A stretch of DNA of 64,000 bases, taken from assembly GCA_964252035.1 (NCBI GenBank), contig OZ176202.1, one strand, 5' to 3'. The notes beneath the pieces are model-generated. The model had not been told where the DNA came from and made no database searches. It was given only the letters and a program-made list of their open reading frames with translations. Position numbers and translations under genes: made by a program. Below are positions 1 through 11,335 of the stretch, in pieces. The DNA comes from Podarcis erhardii (lineage: Eukaryota). Each line of letters opens with the position of its first letter. Position 1 is the stretch's first letter.

Positions 1-600
1 AATTCGATCCCCCGCCCCGCCCGTGCAATGAGGGGTTAATGGTTTCCTGCCCTCTGATGCCTCCCCAGCGAGGCTAGATGAAACGTAAACATTGCCCTTC
101 CTTCTTCGCCTAGTTATGCTTCCCCGCACAGCTCTGAGCCAGTCATCTACGCCCACTCCCGCTCCTTCCCCTCCGTGGCCCCGTCAAACAATGCGATCGT
201 TGTCCAACCTCATAAAACAGCCTTGCAGGATCATTTTGTGTGTGTGTGTGTGTGTGCGCGCGCGCGCGCGCACGAAATGAAATCGGCACATGTATATAAT
301 ATTTACATTTGTGCGGGCGCTGTTTAACCAGGGAAGCCGGGATCTCCCTGAGAAATGTATTTCTTTTCACAATGGACGGCCATCAGTACCGTCTGGAATT
401 TCTCTGAAAAGAAATGGCAACTGCGGCACCGCCTCCCTCCCCACCTCCGCTTCATTTTTTTTGTTTGGACAGGCAAGAGTTAACGCGGCTTGTTTTCAGT
501 TCCAAAGCCGCCATGCCTTTTATGTTCTGTTCTACCGAATTCTTTGTCAGCTGCGTTCTCTGCCTTCCTCCTCCCCCCCCCCACCCGAAGAAGCTGTATA
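1..600. promoter_or_regulatory. CpG-rich segment with tandem GC boxes (probable CpG-island edge or promoter-proximal DNA)
   Basis: 23 CpG dinucleotides in bases 1-300 by hand count, against a CpG-poor background. Overlapping CCCGCCCCGCCC Sp1/KLF-type boxes at 11-22 and a GTAAACA forkhead-type site near 85. No transcription start can be assigned. Confidence 0.45.
237..274. repeat. (TG)10(CG)7CACG alternating purine-pyrimidine tract
   Basis: Read directly from the sequence. Confidence 0.95.
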
Positions 601-1353
601 CTTTTAGTAAACAGATCTTTGTTTTTGTCTTCCACCCTCTGCCCTCGTTCTTTCTCCAGAGTGAAATTGGATCCTTTCCAAGCCGGCTGCAGCAACTGCT
701 GCCTACACATAAAGAGGAGGGGAGAGGGAGGCAGAGGGGAGAGGGAGACGGGTTTCTAGGGTGAGGCAATGCGTCTGCAATTCACAGAGACAAGGCTGGA
801 ATTGTAATTGCTTCCATCATGTGATGGGCTTATGAAAGAGGAAGTTCGGATGTTTTAGTCACGTACCTCTGTGCCCTCTTGCTCAGCCTCCAGGTTCTGT
901 AAAAGGAAAATTGCATGTGTAGTTTGCCTATACTGGCGAGGAGCCAAGAACTAGCGTGTTTGAGCACGGAGAGAAAATTGTGACGGTTCTGAACTGCTAG
1001 CGAAAACAGGGAGGGAGAGGCACCTTTTTTCAGATGTGTACGGGGAGGCACGCATCGGGTTCCTTTAATATAGTGTATTGACAAACATCAGACACAACGC
1101 TTGTAGGCTTTGACGGAAAAGGTAGAAAAATATATAGTCCACATCAGCAAAAATGCTTCCACACTTCTTGTCCTCCTCTTCACCTCAAAGCCTGACTATT
1201 GTTGTTCTTTTAAAGGCGTCGAATGCATTCCTAGAATCAAACAAAGGTCCTTTTTTGTTTGGGGAGTTTGCTCTGTAAAACTGAGCTGAATCAAAGTCCT
1301 TTGAGCTTAACCCGTGCAGGGCTTCCATTGTTACATGGGAGTTCTATACAGTA

Positions 1354-1609
1354 CAGTCATACCTCGGGTTACAGACTCTTTGTGCGTTTTCGGGTTGCGC
1401 ACTGCGCTGAACCTGGAAGTACTGGAACAGGTTACTTCCGGGTTTTGGTGCTCATTCATGCGCATAAGTGCTAAATCACTCTTTGTGCATGCGCAGAAGC
1501 ACCAAATCACGATCCGCTTGTGTGCAGACGCGGCGCTGCAGGTTGCGAACACTGCAGGTTGCGAACGTGCCTCCCGCACGGATCATGTTTGCAACCCGAG
1601 CATCCACTG
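1354..1609. mobile_element. Tc1/mariner (Tigger-like) non-autonomous MITE
   Basis: Terminal inverted repeats CAGTCATACCTCGGGTT / AACCCGAGCATCCACTG with TA on the left. The termini match the MITEs at 33291 and 42855. Confidence 0.8.
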
Positions 1610-2428
1610 TCTTTAGGAATTGTTATTTAGAGGACACCTAATGGTAGTTGGCTGTAATACCATCCGCCTGTTAAAAATGAAAAAGAAAGACCTTGCACAA
1701 CTGCTTGAAAAAGACAAACATACTAAACAACTCAGATTCTGCTTTTGGCTGAAGTATAAAATGGCAGGATGATTTCTGTAGGGGACTATGGAATCGCTTT
1801 ATGGTGTTCTATAGAAATGAAACAACCCTTTTAATAAAATAGCAAGATAGCCCCTGAAATAATGGATATAATTTGCTCAAGCAGTTGGATCAGTTAGCAA
1901 AGCAGTTGATCAAGATTTGGCTGCAATACAGAGGATTCTGTAGCTTCAAGCTGGAATTGGAAAAATAATCTCTCCCTCTCCCTCTTCATTTTGCAGAGGG
2001 GCAATCTATACCTGACTTTTTCCTTTATTGTAACGGGAGTGAAAATTATCCAACATGTTGGGGTTTGGGACGAGCTTTTTAAATAGGGCCTTATTACCAT
2101 CTCTTTTAGGCCCAGTGGAACAGCTGCTTTTTGCAGAAAGGTATTCACCATCCCCACTACCTACTTAGCCAGTTGCCCCTTGATGGCTTTTATATACCAT
2201 GAAGGGCAAGGGCATACGCATCATGGGATCTGTCTCACTTCTCCAACAGTTCTGTGCACGTCCTCAAGATCCACAAACTGAAAAGTATCCGTAACAACTG
2301 GATAAGTTAAGAGCAAGCTGTGAAACCTAGATCTGCAATAACCATGGTTTGTGTTCTTATGGCATCCAAGTCAGAATGGCTATGATCATTTTGGCTGAAA
2401 GGCTTATTGCACGTTGGTCACAGCATGT

Positions 2429-3222
2429 GGTTACCAGATGTCCCCGTTTTCTGGGGACAGTCCCCGGATTTACAAATCTGTCCCCAGACAAAATCTGTCC
2501 CCGGAATGTCCCCGGGTTTCATTTAATGTCCCTGGATTTGTATTTTGAGTGTTGTAGATTTATTAGTAGGGAATGAATGTTGCATGATTGGTTCAACGGC
2601 ACAAGACACATCATATGGGGACTTCCAGCAAGGCAAAATGGTGGGTGCCATGGCAGTGAGCAGCTCCTGAAGCCAGCCAGAGCCAACTGTGCTACCAGGC
2701 TGGCTCCGGGCTGCTGAGACTGCCGCTGCCACTGCTGAGGGGGAACTGGGAATGCCCAGCTCATCAACTGGGGGAACCACTAACACCCCCCCCCGCCATG
2801 ACCCAAATCGAGCTGGGAGCAAGAGCACCTGGCCCACTGCCCAGCGGTGCTCCGGGGCCAGTAAAAACCCCAGAGCCGACTCAGGGAGGAGGAGGAGAAG
2901 GAGAAGGAAGAGAGAGAAAGAGGAAGGAGAAGAAAGGGGGAAGCCCTGACCTTGCTGCACCGCCGCTGCTGAGGAGGAGAGGTAGGAGAGCACCGGGCGG
3001 GCAAGGACACGTGGCCAGCCCAGGCCCAAGCCAAGCCTACTCCACGGTGGCTAGAGCTCCAAGAGATCAGGCCAGAGCCCAGAGGAAGGCTGCGCAACAG
3101 AGGAGACCACAGAAGAAAATATATTACTTCTTAATTTTTTTAAAAAACAACTTTTTAAGTAACTTTTTTTCTTTTCTTTTTAAAAAAGTGTCCCCAGATT
3201 CTTTGAAAAAAATCTGGTAACC
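2429..3222. mobile_element. hAT-like non-autonomous DNA transposon with GC-rich interior
   Basis: Perfect 11-bp inverted repeat GGTTACCAGAT (2429-2439) / ATCTGGTAACC (3212-3222), with repeated subterminal GTCCCC motifs at both ends. No 8-bp TSD found. Confidence 0.7.
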
Positions 3223-3830
3223 TTAGCAGGCTGTTGAATAGACTTCATTACCATCTTGTGGGCCTGGGTGCAATAGGCCCCTGACCACCCAACTCTGTGC
3301 AGAGACAATGGTGGTGGAGAACAAAAATGTCTTCATCACTACCAGTGCCACAGATTGAGCCCTAAATGGGCTCTAGACCATGTTTGATCAGGCTCATCCT
3401 GAGTTTTCCACCAATATCACTCTATATGTTGTCCCATTTGTTTCATCACTCCAAGCTCCCCATAGAACCAGGGCTCTCCTACATAAGAGAGGGTGGTCAG
3501 GAGCAATCGTGCCAATGCCTCAGTCTATTTTTGTGTTCTAAAGGCCTTCAACAAAATTAAGTGACAGGGAAATCCCTAAGATTTGTCAGGAAACCACTTG
3601 GATACATGAGTCCATTAGGAGGGACCATCCTAGTTGGTACTCTATCCCTGGAGAGGCTCAGTGCTCCAGAAGCCTAAAATGAACCTGATAGTGATCTTTT
3701 CATGACAACAAAATTACTGAAAGTTCCACCACACCCAGATCACTTTTGTTTTATTGAGCACCAAAAATAAACATAATAGCAGAGGCAGGTAGCCATGTTG
3801 GTCTGGCGCAGTAGATATATATACTGTGTG

Positions 3831-3864
<34 letters not shown>
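3831..3864. repeat. (TA)n(TG)n microsatellite abutting the Penelope-like remnant
   Basis: Read directly from the sequence. Confidence 0.9.
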
Positions 3865-3865
<1 letters not shown>

Positions 3866-3866
3866 T

Positions 3867-3994
3867 CAGTAGCACCTTGGAGACCAACTAAGTTTGTTCT
3901 TGGTACGAGCATGAGCTTTCGTGTGCATGCACACTTCTTCAGATACACACTTCTTCTGTGTATCTGAACTTAGTTGTTCTCTAAGGTGCTACTG
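3867..3994. mobile_element. Penelope-like element pseudo-LTR remnant in inverted arrangement
   Basis: 3867-3893 and 3968-3994 are inverted repeats (25/27 matches), as are 3939-3948 and 3958-3967. The left arm carries a hammerhead core typical of Penelope-like pLTRs, and the site is AT-microsatellite-rich. Confidence 0.75.
3909..3946 (-). ncRNA. Minimal type I hammerhead ribozyme motif
   Basis: The minus strand reads GUAU-CUGAAGA-A-GUGUGCAUGCACAC-GAA-AGCU-C-AUGC. This gives a CUGANGA core, palindromic stem II, GAAA, a palindromic AGCU stem III, a CUC cleavage triplet and a 4-bp stem I with one G-U pair. Confidence 0.75.
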
Positions 3995-6167
3995 GACAAT
4001 ATTTTTTAAAAAATTATATATATATATTTCAATAACAGATTGATGTTGCTTCCAGATGGGTGGCTCCTAGCACTAATAATATGTGGTCTTCAGTGACCTC
4101 TTCAGTGAGGTCATCTTCTTCAACCGAAGCATCAAGAAGTATACATTAATCTTTTTATTAACACCAAAACACTTTTGCCACTTCTCTCTCTCTCACACAC
4201 ACAGATAGATTGGTAGGTAGTATGGAAGCATATACATGTGTGTGTGAAATGATTTTTTAAAAAAGCATTTTCTAAATTAGCATTTTTCTGTTATACCGCT
4301 ATAACACTCATTTAAGTGGTGTTCCACTAATATTAGAGATAGATAGAGAGAGAGCAAGAAAAGTGTTTTACTGCTAATTAAAAGACCGATTAAAAATAAA
4401 CAGGGTGATAACATGGTGCCTAGCGCAAACGGTATGGATGAAAGAGTAGTGTTAAGGGCATCCTCTTAGGAGAGACCAATGGAAGCCATGAATTCCTCAG
4501 GAATTTCTGACAGGGCACTCACATCATGAATATTAAAAGTTTCCCAATGAATTTTTATTGTGTCCCAATGGTTTTTATCCTGTCCCTGTAAATCTCTTTG
4601 GGGAACCTTTTTTGTGAAGCAATACATAAACTGAATGAATCTAATCTAATCCCAGCAGCCTGGGAGGCTCCATCATCAATGCTGAGGGACCCCATGCCCC
4701 ATCTAGTTTGGGAAGGGGGAATGATGGGGAACAAGGATTTACAGGTCCCTTCAGTAAATCAACAGAATCTCTTTCAAATACTTGAATTCAATCATTGTGT
4801 TTAGTATTTTTACATACACACACCAACTTCTTGAGGAAAGATAGCCTTTTACAAATCTATCAAATGGCTTTAGGATCTGGTATGCTGCTTTGGCTAGGGA
4901 ACAAAAGGATTGTGGGGGGAAATTGCTAATTCAGATGTAATGATGACACCATCTGTTTTGCTTAGACTACTTGATTAAGTCAACCAATTCAAGTCACTGG
5001 ATTGCAAAGGATCCTCTTGGGAACAGTCCAGCTGGACGTTCTCCTGCAAAACCCCTCATTTAAATGAATGGGAGCAGCATACACTTGCATAGTTCCTATT
5101 TCTTTTGAAACGAGACCTGTGCAAAAGATCTTCCCAGTGGTTTACCCATAGTCATCTGTTCAATTCATAGGATAACATATATCCAATAGATGCCAATCCA
5201 ATTTTTCTTTGGCAGTCATAAAGGAAGGAGATTCTACACCATTCATGAGAAGCAAGTTCCACAACCACATCTAACCTGATTCCTTTATTCTGAATGGTAT
5301 TTGTGACTTTGGGATACAAAGGGGCTGCATGTTCATGTTTTAGATTTCTTCTTCTGAAAATAAGTTAACTTTACCCCCAGCTGCCTCTTTTTTCTAATTA
5401 AGTTTCTGGGAATAACCTCCACAACCCTTTTACAAATAAACAGGAAGCTATGGAATCTGTGACCCTCATGTGACATAGTTCTGGCTCTATTCATGACTTT
5501 AAACGCGTTAGTTCAATAGGCCAAAAAAGAAAAGCCTCACAGAAAATGGGAACAAGCCAAGAATTTATCAGGAAACACATTACAAAATAAGGGGAAAACA
5601 GGGAGCTAAGAATATCACTTGGCAGATGCATTCATTTTGCAAAGCTCTTCAATTAAGTTTTCATTAAACAAATAAGTTTTTATTTTCTCAGAGCGTAACG
5701 AAAATAACAGCAGTATTGCATTTAATTTTTTAAAAAGTTTAGAACAGTCATGTTTAAAGCTTCTGTAATCATGAGAGATTTTCTACTTTGGAGGACCCAA
5801 ACTTAGAAGCCTGTTGTTCTGGATCTTAGAAAGTTTGGAGAAAGGGTCACATTTCTATCAAATAGTTTTGAATATTCCAAGCCAAAGACAAAACTTTCTC
5901 AGGGCCTTTGCCAGAAGTGTTGAGCTTTTTCCAGTATAAGAGTTCCTGCATTACTAATTTGTTTCCCCAACTGCAGCAAAAATAAGGATAGGCCAGTTTC
6001 AGATGAATGGTGTCGAAACTACTGGTGTCCCTGTGGATCAGATGCAGAAGTAGTAAGCAGTGTAGCGCTTTACAAGCTTAAAGGAGGACATACACATCTT
6101 GAAATCAAGTAAACGTAAGCAAACTGTTGAGAACATGGCTTTCTACAATCACACTGTGGATGCACTA

Positions 6168-6532
6168 GGTAAAGGTAAAGGTACCCCTGCCCGTACGGGC
6201 CAGTCGTGTCCGACTCTAGGGTTGTGCGCCCATCTCACTCTATAGGCCAGGGGCCAGCGCTGTCCGGAGACACTTCCGGGTCACGTGGCCAGCATGATGA
6301 AGCTGCTCTGGCGAGCCGGCACCAGCGCAGCACACGGAAACACCGTTTACCTTCCCGCTATAAAGCGGTACCTATTTATCTACTTGCATTTGGGGGTGCT
6401 TTCGAACTGCTAGGTGGGCAGGAGCTGGGCCTGAAGGACAGGAGCTCACGCCGCCGCGGGGATTCGAACCACCGACCATAGGATCGGCAAGTCCTAGGCA
6501 CTGAGGTTTTACCCACAGCGCCACCCGCGTCC
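6168..6532 (-). mobile_element. Sauria SINE, full length (subfamily A, GCCCGTACGGGC 3' hairpin)
   Basis: tRNA-like head GGGACGCGGGTGGCGCTGTGGG, (ACCTTT)n tail, and a perfect 14-bp TSD CTGTGGATGCACTA (6154-6167 / 6533-6546). Confidence 0.95.
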
Positions 6533-6890
6533 CTGTGGATGCACTACAGGCAGTTTTTTTAAATCATTCTCTTTATGACCCCCACCTCCTCCTTTCCCTT
6601 CTGTACATTTTGCCATACCCTAAATCCATTACTAGCAACCCACCCTTAAGGCTTCTCAGTGTCTTATGCTTGCTTATCAAGTGTTGTGGCACAGGGTGTC
6701 CTAAGAGTGAAAAGCCAAATGCATAAGAATAAAGACTGAGGGTAATTAGTTCAGAATAGCTAGCTCAGTTGAAAAGAATCTGGGCCTTCCTTCTGAACAC
6801 AAATTAAATTTGAATGTTCTGCAAAGAATTACAGCAAGCCCGCAATTTACACACAGTTAACTTATGTGCATTCAGCTTTACATGCATGGC

Positions 6891-6968
6891 AATAATAATA
6901 ATAGTAATAATAGTAATAATAGTAATAATAGTAATAATAGTAATAATAGTAATAATAGTAATAATAAT
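6891..6968. repeat. Compound (AAT)n microsatellite with seven AATAATAGT units
   Basis: Seven perfect 9-mers at 6897-6959. Confidence 0.95.
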
Positions 6969-7737
6969 TTAAAAGGGGTGGAAAGAGGACAGAGTTTCAG
7001 GGAAAAAACGCTTTGGCCATGCCACCCACCATTGAACCCAATGTGTTTTAACTATAAATGATTTTGGCTTTAGGCTCAGTCCCTGGAATGATCTAACTGC
7101 TTCTTGCAGATTGATAGTGGCTTCCCATTGGAAGTCCAAATCACTTCCTTCTCAGGAGGAGTGGCTAGTGAAAGTATGGGACATTGCATTGTCAGGACAC
7201 CTGACATATAAACGGAGAGTCCTTAATGGTTCATCAAAAATGGATCCTTTTAACTCAATATGGCATAAGTTTTTTCTCCTATGCTAATTCAACTGAACAG
7301 TCCACTAAACCCCCAGCTTTACAGACAAGTATATGGAGAGGTTTTATTGAGAACCAAATTGTCCCACCTTTTTCTACTTGTGCAACAATTGAAAGTGATG
7401 TTGTACTTTCAGTAGTTTATGGGGGGGGGTTACCCCTCCTCTGTATCTGTGTTTTATTTTTGATCTTTTATGCCGATAAACTTTTACTAATTTTTTCCCG
7501 CAAAAAGAACGAAACCCCTGCTCAATGGCGGGCCTACTGTATGACGCTGTTTGATTGAGTGTCATATCCAAAGCATGGAAGTTACCTCACTCAACTTGAT
7601 GCAGTAAAAAGAAAAGCTTTGCCAGTTTCCAGATGATGCCAGATTTAGAGAAGGGATTTTAACAAGAAAGTTAATGGACAAGTCAAGCAGTTTGGTAGGT
7701 ACATTTTCCCCCTACAGTAATTTTACTGGGCTCTTCT

Positions 7738-7946
7738 GGCGTAGTGGTTAGAGTGCCAGACCAGGACTTGGGAGACCATAGTTCAAATCCCCACTTAGCC
7801 ATGTAGCTCACTGGATGATCTTGAGCCAATTACTGCCTCTCAGCCAAACCTACCTCACAGGGTTGTTGTGGGGGTTATATATGGAGCGGAAGAACCAGGT
7901 ATGCCACTTTCATCTCCTTGGTTAAAAATGTGGGATACAATAAATA
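7738..7946 (+). mobile_element. MIR/Ther1-like CORE SINE (Squam3-type)
   Basis: A-box-like GGCGTAGTGGTTAG, B-box-like GTTCAAATCC, CORE-like CTCAGCCAAACCTACCTCACAGGGTTGTTGTG, and an AATAAAT tail. Confidence 0.75.
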
Positions 7947-8257
7947 GGTGCAAAACCAGGAGAAGGTTGTTCTTTGTAGCGTTTTATAGGGCAGTCTCTC
8001 CTTAATGATCTGATGTTCTCTGGCTGATCCAGCAGGAACCTTTATTGGTGTGTTTCTGCCAGCAACTGAAGACTTCTTTTTAATTCACCCGAGCATTTAC
8101 AGACTATTGATCACCTGCCCACTCATTTCTTTCCGCTATATGATGTTGTATATTTTATGTAGTTTTAATCATATTTGATTATTTAAATTATGTTTTACAC
8201 CACTTGGCTATACTGAGTGAAAATCAATAGAGACATCTTTGTATGAAAATAATTTGT

Positions 8258-8565
8258 TGGAATCCGTCTGTCTTGAGAGACAACAGAGTGCACCTCCAGG
8301 AATGAAATCAAACTGCTGTGTTAGCAGCACCGAAGTGACCCCCCTGGGGCACAAGCCTGGGCAGTGTATATGGCAGTCCTGAGCTGCCCAGATGACAAGA
8401 CCCCACTCTCAGCCTCACTGGTGTGGTTCAACAGAAAGCAGAACAATATGTTTGGCACCAGCTTGGCTACAGGAGTTGCTGGAAGGAGGTGTACAAGGCG
8501 CCATCGAACCATTTTTGGGACTCCACTCTAGATTTGTGTAGGGTTTACTCTTTAGCCTTTACAAA
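8258..8565. mobile_element. Unclassified interspersed repeat fragment (possibly non-LTR derived)
   Basis: Resembles a recurrent lizard repeat I recognise from memory (GGAATCCGTCTGTC...GATTTGTGTAGGGTTTACTC). No TIR, TSD or ORF to confirm the class. Confidence 0.35.
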
Positions 8566-8648
8566 CAGGTTTCAAACAGGAGGTTTCCCATCATCCAGAA
8601 ACTCAGTTGGTTTCTAACCTACCCATAAGGTTTCAACAGTTTGGGTTC

Positions 8649-9000
8649 AGGTAAAAAGGTAAAGGGAAGACTGGACTATTAGGTCCAGTCATGGCCGACT
8701 CTGGGGTTGCGGCGCTCATCTCGCTTTATTGGCTGAGGGAGCCGGCGTACAGCTTCCGGGTCATGTGGCTAGCATGACTAAGCTGCTTCTGGCGAACCAG
8801 AGCAGTGCTCGGAAACGCTGTTTACCTTCCCGCTGGAGCAGTACCTATTTATCTACTTGCACTTTGACATGCTTTCAAACTGCTAGGTTGGCAGGAGCAG
8901 GGACCGAACAACAGTAGCTCACCCCGTTGTGCGGATTCGAACCGATGACCTTCTGATCAGCAAGTCCTAGGCTCTGTGGTTTAACCCACAGCACCACCCA
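8649..9000 (-). mobile_element. Sauria SINE (subfamily B)
   Basis: AAAGGT tail, conserved GTTTACCTTCCCGC...TACCTATTTATCTACTTGCAC body, and a head ending CCCACAGCACCACCC. Confidence 0.9.
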
Positions 9001-9822
9001 CTTACACAAGTGCTATTTCATAGGGACCACTATTCACCTTCAGATGACCTGGATGCAGGAATGGAGTATATTGCTACAGCTTTCGCAAAATTAAAAGGAT
9101 AGGATTAGAACGCAAAATTCTATTAAGAGACTCAAATGAAAGATGGAAGTCAAATCAAGCACATTTGTAAACAAACCTATAATTTCACTGGCCCTTTGCA
9201 ACAATTATAAGTGCAAAGTAGGGTGTTTAATTGTGAATAAATAAAGTTATGCGTATGATAATAATGGAGATGTTTGGATTACATTACATATGTACTTTCA
9301 TAGAGACAAACAGGGTAAGAAATTCACTCTTGCTGAATTGGAACAAATTCAGTTTAGAAATGAATCAACGCCCAGACTGCCAAGGAAGGCTGGAGGCATT
9401 ATATTACTGGACAGCTAGCTTTTCTAGGAATATATTTGGGGGATAATGAAACATTACACAGAACCGTGTGGAACATAACTCTGACAGCCACATTTGTTAT
9501 AGAAAATCTGCTTAGGAAGAGGGCAAACTGAAGCAGAGAAGTGGTGTGGGGACCAGGTGATTAACCCTTTCCACACCACCCACATTCCCACTATAATTCT
9601 CTCCTCAAGTCACACAACATGTGTTTCCCTCTGCATGTGATGTTAACTTGGGCTCTTAGTGAAGTGGAATTAATGGTTTCGGCACACAGGCCAACCATGG
9701 CCCTCCTGCATAACTAGGGTAATATTCTGGCCTCTCATATACTTCAAACCTTGGATCTATGCTGTGAATGCTTTGTAGTTTTATAGAATTTATATAAAGT
9801 AGATAGATGATAGATCGATAGA

Positions 9823-9990
9823 NNNNNNNNNNNNNNNNNNNNNNNNNNNNNNNNNNNNNNNNNNNNNNNNNNNNNNNNNNNNNNNNNNNNNNNNNNNNNN
9901 NNNNNNNNNNNNNNNNNNNNNNNNNNNNNNNNNNNNNNNNNNNNNNNNNNNNNNNNNNNNNNNNNNNNNNNNNNNNNNNNNNNNNNNNNN
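9823..9990. other. Assembly gap (168 N), preceded by a GATA-type microsatellite
   Basis: Run of N. Confidence 1.
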
Positions 9991-11266
9991 ATCAAAAGAT
10001 GAATACAAGATAAAAACACAAATAAATAGTTCAAACAAAAACAAAAACAAAATAGCCCCCTCTCCTACAAACACATTTAATAGGCTATAGAATATTAATC
10101 AGCCCAAGGCTTGGTTGAAGAGGAACACCCAAACAATTCCTTTGCAGCCACCACACCTTGAACTTTCCTGCACCTTGACATCAAGAGTGGCAAAGGTGGG
10201 CATGTCTCACCAAAAGTGTCTGAGTGGGCCAACCTCTGAGGCTTGGAGCACCCAATTACACCTGCAGACTAGGGATTCCCCAAAACTCCTTTATGTCCAG
10301 TGAGGAACCTTTTTTAGTCACATCCTGTTCTAGTCAACATTCCTGGAAGAGGAGCTCCTGTTACTGGTGGGCGGAGCCAGAGGCAAAAGTCGGTGGACCA
10401 ATAGAGGTGACTCTTCCGTTTAATTAGTAGGCTACATTCCATCCATCCAAAAGCCAGAGGTTCTACACAAGCAAGCGGCACCATCTCATGTTGAGGACAC
10501 ACTCCAGACTGGTGCTGGTGAGGGATGTGGCCTGGAGAAGGGTTGGAGCTTGAGGGAAGAGTGGCCCTATCTGGCCCCTGGGCCTGAGATTGCCAGCCCC
10601 TGCTTTAGGCTGTTTGTGCATGTTGCAGGGCTTTTTGGTGTGTTTCAGTTGATATTCTTTTATGCAGAACCCCAATTTCTAGAGAATGAACAAGAATATT
10701 TTCTTTGCTTATACTTAAAAAGCTGTCTTGCAGAAGTTATAAAATTATGGTTAACGCATCTCTTGAAATATTAAAGCTACTTATGGATTTTCCCTCTTGT
10801 TCTTCCATAATATGCATATCCTTAAAAATTCTCTTTGATTTGAATTTTGGTTCAAGGCTAAACTTCTGCGTAAGTTGATCTTTCTGATCTTCTTGAAACT
10901 CCAAGAAAAAAGAGCAGAGATTCATGTGAGACTTATGCAAGCCCACACTACACACAAGGCCTCTTCGTACAGGGATGCATAATTTCAAAGGGCACATCCA
11001 GACAAAGTTTGAGAAGCAGGAACCCTGCTGCAGCATACTCAACACCCACATGTGCAATGGGATCTGTGTTGGTCACTGCAAGGCCAAATAGCCAATTGGG
11101 GAGATGTCTACCTGGATCAACAAAGGCAGCATAGTCTTATATAGGTGCTGGCATAAAGCTCCACTCTATGTAGTGTTCCTTTTCAGTACAGCTTTAGATG
11201 ATGATGTTCTCAGTTGGTGTCTGGTAGTGTTGATGTGCTGTAAATGGGCAAATAAGCTAATCAATA

Positions 11267-11335
11267 CATAGAATCATAGAGTTGGAAGTGATCTGGAGGG
11301 TCATCTAGCCCAACCCCCTGCAATGCATGAATCTC
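11267..11335 (-). mobile_element. CR1-type 3' tail fragment
   Basis: CATAGAATCATAGAGTTGGAAG...GGTCATCTAGCCCAACCCC is the reverse complement of the CR1 3' end with (ATTCTATG) repeats. Confidence 0.8.

Noticed and set aside
2523-3029. 168-aa minus-strand ORF with a leucine run resembling a signal peptide
   Set aside because: It is the antisense reading of a GA-rich tract inside a TIR-bounded element, with no splice or domain support.
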